Shown: in pieces, positions 32,248 through 41,503 of the stretch
How the letters are laid out: every line of letters begins with the position of its first letter
Position numbering within the stretch: position 1 is the first letter of the stretch
NCBI GenBank assembly: GCA_963744145.1
Contig: CAVUSO010000001.1
Span: 6,720,001 to 6,784,000 of the forward strand
Direction of reading: 5' to 3'
Length of the DNA stretch: 64,000 nucleotides
From: an uncultured cyanobacterium
Lineage (GTDB): Bacteria; Cyanobacteriota; Cyanobacteriia; Cyanobacteriales; CAWUOF01
The notes under the pieces: model-generated
The model's database searches: none
The model's input: only the letters and a program-made list of their open reading frames with translations
Told to the model about the DNA's origin: nothing
Translations under genes and position numbers: made by a program

Positions 32248-33042
32248 TCCGAGACGCGGCAAACCAGAGCCCGATGAGCCTGGAGTAGGTGAACCGGACT
32301 GAGGTAAACTCAGATAAGCAAGATTCGATTGAGTCCCGCTGGGTGGTTGGGCTTCTTGTTGTCGCATGATTACTTGATGATCGACATAAATCCCAATTGC
32401 ACCATCAAGTTTAGCTTGGGCTAGATTAGCTCCACTGAGATTGGCTCCACTGAGATTGGCTCCACTCAAATTAGCATTTAATAAGTTAGCACTACTTAAG
32501 TTTGTCCCGCTCAAATTAGCATCGCTTAGATCTGCATTTACTAATCGGGCATCACTCAGATCTGCATTGGAAAGATTGGCTCCGATCATTTGTGTATGTC
32601 CAAGATTAGCACCTTTGAGTTGGGCTCCAATCAGATTAGCATTCACTAGCTGGGCCCCGATTAAGTTCCCACCATCTAATTCGGCTCCACTTAAATTCGC
32701 TTCGGTTAAGTTAGCTTTGACTAAATTGCCACAAATTAGTTCAGCCCCGCTTAATTGGACCCCCGTCATCTGGGCTTCAAATAAGTTGATTCCTTTCGCA
32801 TCAACTCCGCTTAAGTCCGTATTGGTCAAGTCTGCTGCCACTAAATTGGCGAAACTTAAATCAGCACCACTTAAGTTAGCATTATTAAGCTGAGCCCCAT
32901 TTAGGTTCGCAAATCTTAATTTGGCTCCACTTAAGTCTGCCCCTTTGAGATTTAATCGTGGAAGGTGGGCATCATTTAAGTCCCCTCCTTGACATTGCTT
33001 GGTCTCGAGCAAACGTTTGATGTGTGTGTTATTTCCAGCCAT
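32239..33042 (-). CDS. Pentapeptide repeat protein
   Basis: Long A(D/N)LxX repeat tract; likely ATG start MAGNN at 33042. Confidence 0.92.
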   Translation of the reverse strand: MAGNNTHIKRLLETKQCQGGDLNDAHLPRLNLKGADLSGAKLRFANLNGAQLNNANLSGADLSFANLVAADLTNTDLSGVDAKGINLFEAQMTGVQLSGAELICGNLVKANLTEANLSGAELDGGNLIGAQLVNANLIGAQLKGANLGHTQMIGANLSNADLSDARLVNADLSDANLSGTNLSSANLLNANLSGANLSGANLSGANLAQAKLDGAIGIYVDHQVIMRQQEAQPPSGTQSNLAYLSLPQSGSPTPGSSGSGLPRLGLT

Positions 33043-33271
33043 ATTCCTTCTCAAAATGGCAGCCCTGGGAGTCTCTGAAATTAGAGATGATGGGCTATTA
33101 ATAGTAAGCAGTTTAGTTAGAGGGTTTACTTAGGTTAAGCTATTACTTACACCTAAATAAATAAAATCATTAAATTGCTTAATTATATAATAAAATTAGC
33201 GGAAAATTAGAGATATGGTAACAAAGGTATAGTGAAAAAGTTCTAAAAATGTTCTGGCTGGTGGAAGCCTA

Positions 33272-34219
33272 ATGAGTATAGATAAAATTGTTGAACAGGC
33301 AATCAAGATTGGCTATTTGACCCCAGAGATCGAAGCGGAACTTGGACGCTTCTGTGATCAGACGGTTGAATTATCCGTCGAAGACTATATGGCTTTGGAT
33401 CGTTTGATGGAGGTGCTCCTAGCTATCCCACCCACATCACCTCGCAAATATTTTGTCAATGTGATGGAAGGGTTGGTGATGGAACAGATCATTGGTCATC
33501 TCACCGAAATTGGTACTAACCGGGAATCGACTTTGGATTTAGGTGATATTGCTCCCTATGCCTTAAATAGATTACCCCATTTATATGCAACTACAGTAGA
33601 AGGGACGAATTTTCAACGTCAACGGGCCCAAGCAGAGTTGCAGGAGTTGATTGTTGAGCAGGTACAGAAAGCGATCGCAGTTAGTTTACAGCGACCCAAT
33701 CTCGGTCCAGATCGTCAACCTTTAAGGGTCAGAAAAGGAAAACGACTGAGTAAGCAGATGATTCAGCAGATGAATACCTTGCTCCAAAGTCAAGCACCGA
33801 ATTTGCCCAATCCCAGTGTTAATTATTCCGAATCCCGTCCCCTCTTACCACTGGTAATCGCTCCAGGACAGTTTCGCTTTCTGAGTGTACCAACAGGAGT
33901 TTGGTGCGCTCCACCAACGGCACCTGGGTTTCGTTATGCAATGACTTCTACGGCTTTATTTACTCGGATTCTGAATTTTCCTCAAGGGTTTGATGGTTTT
34001 TTCACTGTATCTGTAGGAGAAAGAATTCTGGGTCACTTTAATCATGGCGATCGACTAGATTTTATAGCTTTATGTGGTCGGGGGATTGCCGAATTCACGA
34101 TTATTGGGATCAAACCAGCTCAAAATGCTTCTGATGCTGATGTTTTTCCCGTCCAATTAGAATTTAGTCATCCCCTGGTGAGTTTTGAAATGCGATCGCT
34201 AGAGGAAAGTAAACCCTAA
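33272..34219 (+). CDS. CdgR-like ComFB-domain protein with an extra C-terminal beta-rich domain
   Basis: MSIDKIVEQA...YMALDRLM N-domain; ComFB core NVME...DIAPYALNRLPHLYATT; about 130-aa C-terminal extension. Confidence 0.75.
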   Translation: MSIDKIVEQAIKIGYLTPEIEAELGRFCDQTVELSVEDYMALDRLMEVLLAIPPTSPRKYFVNVMEGLVMEQIIGHLTEIGTNRESTLDLGDIAPYALNRLPHLYATTVEGTNFQRQRAQAELQELIVEQVQKAIAVSLQRPNLGPDRQPLRVRKGKRLSKQMIQQMNTLLQSQAPNLPNPSVNYSESRPLLPLVIAPGQFRFLSVPTGVWCAPPTAPGFRYAMTSTALFTRILNFPQGFDGFFTVSVGERILGHFNHGDRLDFIALCGRGIAEFTIIGIKPAQNASDADVFPVQLEFSHPLVSFEMRSLEESKP

Positions 34220-34291
34220 TGGGCTTTAGGGAAAATCCATTTTATAGTAAAAGTTCAAATTGATTTCCATCAATATGGGAAGTGTAATTGC

Positions 34292-35149
34292 ATGACTGGA
34301 TCGGCGAAAATTCAAAGTTTATACACTGATGGGGCTTGCTCAGGTAATCCCGGCCCAGGCGGATGGGGCGTGGTAATTTGTTATAGCGATCGCTCTATCC
34401 ATGAACTAGGTGGTCGTGATGGACAAACGACTAACAACCGGATGGAAATGCAAGCAGCGATCGCTGCTTTAAAGTTCCTGAGGGAATCTGGACAAAAAGA
34501 GCCAGTTACTCTCTACACTGATAGCGAATACCTCAAAAACGGTATTACCAAATGGATTCAAGGTTGGAAGAAAAAAAACTGGATCACATCAACCGGAAAA
34601 CCAGTACTGAAACCAAGACCTCTGGCAGCTACTTGATCAGATCAATAGTAAACAAATTAAATGGGAATATGTGCGCGGTCACTCGGGCGACCGATATAAT
34701 GATCGTTGTGATGCGATCGCGCGTGGTTTTGCCCAAAGTAAACCTCCAGCGCTCAAACAATTACCTACAAATAGTCCAATTGTTGCAGAGGTAACCGAAG
34801 TAGAAAGTTAAATAAAGGTATCATCTAAGTTTAATGTGCACGCTAACTTCCTCGCTGTAATTCGGCACTTATGGACGTAACCGCTAATTATTCGGCTGAT
34901 GCTCAGGAAAACTTACCTCGGGAGGTAAGGGTTGCCCAACTTAGCAACCTGGTAGAAACCCTACGGATGGCTGATGAAATCGCGCAAAAACGTTATCTAA
35001 TTACCAGTTCAGAACTAGCAGACTTAATGGATATCAATGCTAGCGCTGTCACCAGTCGAGGTGATAATTGGGTGTGGCGAAATTGGATTGTATCCAGGGT
35101 ACGCAGAGAAGGTAATCAAATTCTCTGGCAATTAGAACGGGTAGACTGA
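34292..35149 (+). CDS. rnhA: Ribonuclease HI with cyanobacterial C-terminal domain; frameshifted near 34610 and probably again near 34850-34870
   Basis: [23 protein letters not shown]. Removing one A at CTGAAACC gives KPVLNQDLW...WEYVRGHSG...[12 protein letters not shown] 34871 resembles the C-domain usually fused to cyanobacterial RnhA. Confidence 0.85.
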
Positions 35150-35444
35150 TTAGCACTAAACCTAATTTAGTGGGATGAGAGTTCGAGGGATTCAGAACTT
35201 TTACCGGAAATCATCGATACAAATCGATTTCCGGAGCGACAATTCCCTAGACAGAATCCCCAATCTGGGGTTTAATGGGTAAATTGGCCAAATGCTGGCC
35301 GGGTCTAGGACAGATTTGGATTGCCAAATCGATAAAATCCCACTAAAAACCTCTAATGACCGAGTACCCTAGTTAAATAGCAAATACATCCCACCAATCG
35401 CGTGAATGCAGACGAACCTCAACCTCAAAATTTGATTCGGCCTA

Positions 35445-36749
35445 TTGACGGCTGTGGCCATTGTTGTGGCCGACATGATCGGTACAGGTGTTTTTACCAG
35501 TTTGGGATTTCAAGCTGGGGACATTAAATCAGGTTTTGCTTTACTATTTTTATGGATAGTAGGTGGAATTCTGGCTGTCTGTGGTGCCCTTTCCTATGGA
35601 GAACTAGCAGCCGTAATGCCTAGATCCGGGGGCGAATATCATTATTTATCCAAAACTTTTCACCCAGCAATTGGCTTTTTGTCCGGCTGGATTTCCACGA
35701 CGGTTGGTTTTGCAGCACCGACAGCCGCAGCAGGAATGGCTTTTGGTCAATATTTTTCTCAAGTTTTCCCCCTACTTAATCCTCAAGCGATCGCGTTGGG
35801 GATAGTAATCACCATTGCGCTAATTCATCTCAAAGATTTAAAAATAGTAAGTTATTTTCAAAATATTTCGACAATTTTGAAAGTATCACTTATTGTGATT
35901 TTGATCGTTGCTGGACTTTTGGTTAGCCAACCCCAGACCATTAGCTTCCTACCAACTAGCGAGGATGGAGCGATAATTTTTAGCACTCCATTTGCGGTTT
36001 CTTTAGTATTTGTCATGTATGCTTATTCGGGTTGGAATGCTTCGATCTATATTGCCAATGAAATCAAAGACCCGGAAAAAAATATTCCACGTTCCTTATT
36101 AGCAGGCACCTTAATTGTGTTAGGGTTGTATTTGCTAACTAACTTTATTTTTCTTTATTCTACACCGATCGCCGACTTAGCTGCGGCCAAAGAAAAAGTA
36201 GCGGCGGTGGCTGCCCAAAATATTTTTGGGGAAATCGGTGGTAAGATCATCAGCTTGCTAATCTCAATTGGGTTAATATCAGCCATCAGTTCCATGACCT
36301 GGGCTGGTCCGCGGGTAACTCAAGTGATTGGTGAAGATATCCCATTTTTCAAGCTTTTAGCCCGAAAAAATGCAAAAGGAATTCCTTTCCTTGCGATCCT
36401 GCTCCAGTTAGGGATTGTAATTTTTCTAGTGATTACTTCTTCCTTTGAAACAGTTGTCACCTATCTAGGGTTTACCCTGACCTTGTCTTCTTTTATAACT
36501 GTTTTAGGTGTATTCGTACATAGATTTCGGTATCCCGATATGCCTCGACCCTATCAAACCTGGGGATATCCAGTCACACCGATCATCTTTTTGCTCATCA
36601 GTCTGTGGATGCTGATTTTTACTTTTCAAGGTAAACCAATGGAATCCTTAGCAGGATTAGGAACTATTTGTCTAGGATTACCTGTATATTTTATTGCTGC
36701 TAAAAATCAGTTAGTATCTTCAGAATCACAAATTTCCACAAAAGATTAA
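35445..36749 (+). CDS. APC-superfamily amino acid permease (true N-terminus probably upstream of a frameshift near 35438)
   Basis: MIGTGVF, YGELAAVMPRSGGEY, YAYSGWN, RPYQTWGYP; multiple TM helices. Confidence 0.9.
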   Translation: MTAVAIVVADMIGTGVFTSLGFQAGDIKSGFALLFLWIVGGILAVCGALSYGELAAVMPRSGGEYHYLSKTFHPAIGFLSGWISTTVGFAAPTAAAGMAFGQYFSQVFPLLNPQAIALGIVITIALIHLKDLKIVSYFQNISTILKVSLIVILIVAGLLVSQPQTISFLPTSEDGAIIFSTPFAVSLVFVMYAYSGWNASIYIANEIKDPEKNIPRSLLAGTLIVLGLYLLTNFIFLYSTPIADLAAAKEKVAAVAAQNIFGEIGGKIISLLISIGLISAISSMTWAGPRVTQVIGEDIPFFKLLARKNAKGIPFLAILLQLGIVIFLVITSSFETVVTYLGFTLTLSSFITVLGVFVHRFRYPDMPRPYQTWGYPVTPIIFLLISLWMLIFTFQGKPMESLAGLGTICLGLPVYFIAAKNQLVSSESQISTKD

Positions 36750-36770
36750 ATTGGCTGGGAAACACCTTCT

Positions 36771-37982
36771 ATGAATAGCAAGAAAATCCGCTCCGTTTTC
36801 GCTACAATATTACCGTTTTTGATTTTGATTCAGGCTTGTACAAATAAACCAGATCCTGTTGCTAATTCTCCTCAAGCTACTGGATCTCCAAAAGCTGATA
36901 AATCCACTAAACTACCAACCGGAGAAAAAACTCCTACTCCAACTGCTAATATTGACTCAGAAAAAGCCGCAAAGCTAACTAATGAAGCTAAGTTTCTTGC
37001 GGGTATAAAGGGAGATGAAAATGGGCAATTTGCAGCAAGTGAAAAAACCGCAGCTTGGAAAGATCATGCTAGCTATTTTGACGGTGCTTGGGACAAATTA
37101 AATAAACAACAAATAGCGAAAATAAAAAGCTGGTCAGACAAGGAATTAAAATCAATTAATGAATCACCTCAACCCATATTTTATCCCTTTAGTGGTCCAG
37201 ATTTTTTATATGGTTTTTCTTTTTTCCCAAAAGGAAGTAACTATATACTAGTTGGATTAGAACCGGTGGGAACTTTACCTGATCTCGATCAAAAATCTGA
37301 AAAGGTAATTGATCAGAAATTACAGGATATTGAAAAAGCATTGGGTGCAATTCTGCAATTAAGCTTTTTCCGAACTAATGATATGAAAGTGGATTTAGCG
37401 GATAAAGGTGTTGTCCCAATTTTATTTGTTTTTTTAGCCCGGACAGATAATAAAATCGTGGATCTGAATTATATCAGGCTGAAAAAAGATGGTACATGGG
37501 AAGTAGAAGGTAAGGATAAAAAAGATAGTCAAGGAGTAAAAATTGATTTCGTCTCCAAAGGAGATACTCAACCGCGATCGCTTTATTATTTCTCAGTGGA
37601 TTTATCTAATGATGGATTACAAAAAAATCCCGAATTTAATAAATTTGTGCAAAGTTTTGGGAAATCTACCACTTATCTGAAAGCTGCATCTTATTTGATG
37701 CACAATGAAGAATTTTCGACGATCCGCAATTTAATTACTTCGCAAAGTAGTACGGTTTTACAAGATGATTCGGGGATTCCCCTAAAAAACTTTGATCCGG
37801 CTAAATGGAATTTGGAATTTTACGGTAATTATACCCAACCGATCGCGCTATTTTCCAACAGATATCAAGATGACTTAAGGAGTAAATATAAAAGTGGAAA
37901 AGATATCAAACCTCTAGATTTTGGGATTGGTTATCAATATGAAGTCAATACATCGAATTTAATGTTAGCAACTTCTAAATAA
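36771..37982 (+). CDS. Conserved hypothetical lipoprotein
   Basis: Lipobox LIQAC; FYPFSGPDFL, SFFRTNDM, YLKAASYLMH, QDDSGIP motifs. Confidence 0.7.
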   Translation: MNSKKIRSVFATILPFLILIQACTNKPDPVANSPQATGSPKADKSTKLPTGEKTPTPTANIDSEKAAKLTNEAKFLAGIKGDENGQFAASEKTAAWKDHASYFDGAWDKLNKQQIAKIKSWSDKELKSINESPQPIFYPFSGPDFLYGFSFFPKGSNYILVGLEPVGTLPDLDQKSEKVIDQKLQDIEKALGAILQLSFFRTNDMKVDLADKGVVPILFVFLARTDNKIVDLNYIRLKKDGTWEVEGKDKKDSQGVKIDFVSKGDTQPRSLYYFSVDLSNDGLQKNPEFNKFVQSFGKSTTYLKAASYLMHNEEFSTIRNLITSQSSTVLQDDSGIPLKNFDPAKWNLEFYGNYTQPIALFSNRYQDDLRSKYKSGKDIKPLDFGIGYQYEVNTSNLMLATSK

Positions 37983-38042
37983 TCACGCATTGTGGAGATG
38001 AGAGCGTGATGATGAGAACGCTCTCATGTTCTTTATCAATGC

Positions 38043-38072
38043 AAACGCTGATGAACGCTGATGAACGCTGAT
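38043..38072 (+). repeat. Tandem 10-mer (GAACGCTGAT) x3, inverted relative to 38294-38343
   Basis: Directly visible. Confidence 0.85.
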
Positions 38073-38105
38073 GGGATTAATGGGATTAGAAATTTCGGAC
38101 GACTG

Positions 38106-38315
38106 GTAATTTCCCACAACAATACCGTCATACCAGACTTGAAGAGGCTTTTGCTGCTCAACCTGCAAACCAACTTTCCTCAACTCATGCACCAGGGCAT
38201 TTTCATAAACTCGCTCCAAAAAACCAACCCCCAGCGTATTACCCACCTTAAACGCACACCCAATAATCATCTCCGTTACCTGATTCAACTCCAATCTGCG
38301 TTCATCTGCGTTCAT
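38106..38315 (-). pseudogene. Truncated GxxExxY-family PD-(D/E)XK protein
   Basis: IIGCAFKVGNTLGVGFLERVYENALVHEL...YDGIVVGNY, after which similarity stops; the C-terminal half (ADL...ELK) is missing. Confidence 0.85.
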
Positions 38316-38343
38316 CTGCGTTCATCTGCGTTCATCTGCGTTC
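38294..38343 (+). repeat. Tandem 10-mer (ATCTGCGTTC) x5 overlapping the GxxExxY start
   Basis: Directly visible. Confidence 0.9.
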
Positions 38344-38413
38344 AAATACTAATATTTCTTAAAAGCATCTTTAACTTGAGGTAATAAATCTTCAATTAGT
38401 CACTGTAGAACAA

Positions 38414-38485
<72 letters not shown>

Positions 38486-38539
38486 ACAGACTATCATCAT
38501 AATCTAGTTCCAACTAATTTGCAACTAGATTGATCAATA

Positions 38540-39271
38540 TTAATCTCCTTGGGGGTATTCGTCCCATAAATTTGTCGTTTGTCGTAAACTGAGATGATCC
38601 CCGTTACCCAAAATCAAATGATCTAGCAGTGGGATTTGCAAATATTGGGCTGCAATTAATAATTGACGGGTCAAGGAAATATCTTCTTGACTTGGTTCTG
38701 TATTCCCTGATGGATGATTATGGGCAATAATTAAACGGGTGGCTCCTTGACGAATTACTTCTCGAAATATCTCCCGGGGATGAGCTAGAGTTTCGGTAGC
38801 AGTACCGATGGTAATTACTTTAGTCCCAAGTAAGCGATTTTTGACATCTAACAAAACCACCGCAAATCGCTCCTGACTTTTCCACATTAATTCGTGGGAA
38901 AGTGCAGCAGCAGCAGTGCTGGGACTATCGATGATGGTGAGATCCGATGGTCGGAACTGAAAAACTCGTTTTCCTAATTCGATCGCGGCGATAATAGTAG
39001 TAGCTTTAGCTGGACCCACACCATGAATTTGAGTCAATTCCTGAACACTGATATCTCGCAACACTTCTAATGGATCACGTTGGTGTTCACCTAGTTGTTG
39101 CAATATATATTGTCCCAAACCAACCGCGGAAAGTTTACCATGTCCTTGACCTGTACCTAGTAACATCGCGATTAGTTCTGCGGTAGCTAGGTTTTTCGCA
39201 CCATAAGCGATTAATCGTTCACGAGGTCGTTCACTAGCTGGTAAATCGATAATTCTCAGACTATAGGTCAT
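38540..39271 (-). CDS. radC: RadC / JAB-domain protein (UPF0758)
   Basis: ERPRERL, Hh[21 protein letters not shown]...S..D, LLDHLI. Confidence 0.95.
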   Translation of the reverse strand: MTYSLRIIDLPASERPRERLIAYGAKNLATAELIAMLLGTGQGHGKLSAVGLGQYILQQLGEHQRDPLEVLRDISVQELTQIHGVGPAKATTIIAAIELGKRVFQFRPSDLTIIDSPSTAAAALSHELMWKSQERFAVVLLDVKNRLLGTKVITIGTATETLAHPREIFREVIRQGATRLIIAHNHPSGNTEPSQEDISLTRQLLIAAQYLQIPLLDHLILGNGDHLSLRQTTNLWDEYPQGD

Positions 39272-39399
39272 TGTTCCGATCGCAAGTTATCAAAACAGCG
39301 CAGGGATTTTAGCCGAACTTTAGTCTTTTGAATGGCAATTTTCTAGAAAAAATGTGATTATTTCTGAATCAGTAGGATTACTCATCGCTAGCTGAAACT

Positions 39400-40005
39400 T
39401 TATTTACCCATTTTCACATGATATTTAATAAAATTGACTACTGTTTCTAATCCAATCTGATTTTTCAAATTAGTAAAAACCAAGGGTTTCTCTCCACGCA
39501 TTTTTTTAGCATCCCGCTCCATGATCCTTAAATCAGCACCGACTTGGGGAGCAAGATCAATTTTGTTAATTACCAATAAGTCAGATTTAGTAATTCCTGG
39601 ACCACCTTTGCGAGGAATTTTATCTCCAGCCGCAACATCGATTACATAAATGGTAAGATCTGCTAACTCTGGACTAAAAGTAGAAGCAAGATTATCACCT
39701 CCACTTTCCACAAATAAAATTTCTAAATCTAAAAATCGCTGTTCTAATTCTTCGATCGCAGCTAGATTAATCGAAGCATCTTCGCGAATTGCGGTATGGG
39801 GACATCCCCCAGTTTCTACACCAATAATCCGATCGCTGGTTAAAGCTTGACTTCTGACTAAAAATTCTGCATCTTCTTGGGTATAAATATCATTAGTTAC
39901 TACTGCAATCTGATATTCTTGTCTCATTTCCTTACATAAGGAATCAACTAAAGCAGTTTTTCCTGAACCAACTGGACCAGCTATCCCGATTCTGAGCGTA
40001 TTCAT
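39400..40005 (-). CDS. ureG: Urease accessory GTPase UreG
   Basis: [26 protein letters not shown]. Confidence 0.97.
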   Translation of the reverse strand: MNTLRIGIAGPVGSGKTALVDSLCKEMRQEYQIAVVTNDIYTQEDAEFLVRSQALTSDRIIGVETGGCPHTAIREDASINLAAIEELEQRFLDLEILFVESGGDNLASTFSPELADLTIYVIDVAAGDKIPRKGGPGITKSDLLVINKIDLAPQVGADLRIMERDAKKMRGEKPLVFTNLKNQIGLETVVNFIKYHVKMGK

Positions 40006-40008
40006 ATT

Positions 40009-40680
40009 TTAGCTGCGAAACAAACGAGTGTAAAGGGTTTCATGTTCCATACTAGCTAAAGCTAATCCCCATGTACAGCTATGGAGATCCTCATCTGCTA
40101 ATTTGATAATTATTTGAGTAGCATTATTAATATCTGAATGTAACTCTAGCAAGATTTGCTGTCCGACGGTTTGACCCAGAGGAATTAGTTTAATTCCAGC
40201 AGTGATCAAGTTGGTTGTCCAAGTATGCAAATAACTTAGTAAAGCATCTTTACAATTAATTTGCCATATTGATGCACCGATCGCATAAGCAATGGGATAA
40301 TGACATGGTTTCCCTATCCCTTGCGCGATCGCTTTGATCGGTAAATCTAAATCAATCAATAACCGCATTAAAGTATTACCCATTTGGGCACTTTGTAAAC
40401 GTAATTCTTCGGTTTCCTTTACTGCTGATATCCAATTATTCCATCTACTTAAACCGAACTGATCTCCCTGACTACAACAATGATAAGCTCGCACCATTAT
40501 CGCTGCTTCTAAACGAATTGCTCCATAGGACAATTCTTGTTTGATCCAATCTGCTAAACTTTCCCGATTTGCGATCGCACCTGATCCTACTAGAGTTTCT
40601 AATCCTTCTGAATAACTATAAGCTCCTACCGGTAAAACCGGACTAGCTAACTGTAATAATCCTAATAGGTTATTCATCAT
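40009..40680 (-). CDS. ureF: Urease accessory protein UreF
   Basis: LQLASPVLPVGAYSYSEGLE; HETLYTRLFRS C-terminus. Confidence 0.96.
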   Translation of the reverse strand: MMNNLLGLLQLASPVLPVGAYSYSEGLETLVGSGAIANRESLADWIKQELSYGAIRLEAAIMVRAYHCCSQGDQFGLSRWNNWISAVKETEELRLQSAQMGNTLMRLLIDLDLPIKAIAQGIGKPCHYPIAYAIGASIWQINCKDALLSYLHTWTTNLITAGIKLIPLGQTVGQQILLELHSDINNATQIIIKLADEDLHSCTWGLALASMEHETLYTRLFRS

Positions 40681-40686
40681 CTAATT

Positions 40687-41154
40687 TTAATGCTCATGTT
40701 TTTGTACATAAGCTCCGATTTCTGGTTGAAAAGGTACAGTTTCCTCCTTCACTTCTACTCCTAACTGGATCAGCATTGATTTTAAAACTGGATCGGGTAA
40801 TAGACGTAGATAACCCGAAGTAATTTCTAAAGCGATATGACGATTACCCAAATGATACGCAGCTCGGATTAAGTCTAAGGTTGTCTGAGCAGTTACGGTT
40901 ATGACTGGTTCTGGTTTAGCTACTACTCTGACTTGGAGACTACCATCTTCTGATCCTAGAATATCGCGATCGCGCAACACTGTACCTCTGGGTAAATGCA
41001 CATATAAAATCTGTCCATCTACCAGATAAGCGTGATTTCTGGTCTGAGTCCGTTCTTGGGCAGTTAAAGGAAGTTCAATATTAACATCCAGAGCCGTCGT
41101 CCTAGGTAAAAATTGGGTTAAATTTGGTAATTTCTGTCCCGCTAAAATATTCAT
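40687..41154 (-). CDS. ureE: Urease accessory protein UreE
   Basis: LPRGTVLRD, AAYHLGNRH, PFQPEIGAY. Confidence 0.95.
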   Translation of the reverse strand: MNILAGQKLPNLTQFLPRTTALDVNIELPLTAQERTQTRNHAYLVDGQILYVHLPRGTVLRDRDILGSEDGSLQVRVVAKPEPVITVTAQTTLDLIRAAYHLGNRHIALEITSGYLRLLPDPVLKSMLIQLGVEVKEETVPFQPEIGAYVQKHEH

Positions 41155-41503
41155 ATAATTTTATTTTTTTACTCTAATTGTATCTTTAAACACATTACTA
41201 GATTTTTAGCGAGCAAAAACCTAGTATTTAGGGGATTAATTTTTACCAAAATCCTTCGCTCAACCTCTAGGAAAGAGAATAGGGATGGAAAACATCTCTT
41301 GTGAAAGTAGAAAGCAACCATCCCCCATCTCAAGGAGAAACTTATGGCTTATAGACAAACTTATAATTAAGATAGTTCCTTCATATCATAATTTTATATT
41401 TCATTAATTACTTTATTTACAAATTTTAATTTTTTGGCAAAGGTCATTAGGAAAAAACCATAAAGATTTACTATATATTCAGTCTTTTCATGATTTTGCT
41501 GTT

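Noticed and set aside
41179..41194. NtcA-like TGTA-N8-CACA upstream of ureE
   Set aside because: One mismatch and too close to the start codon for canonical -10 spacing; plausible but unsupported
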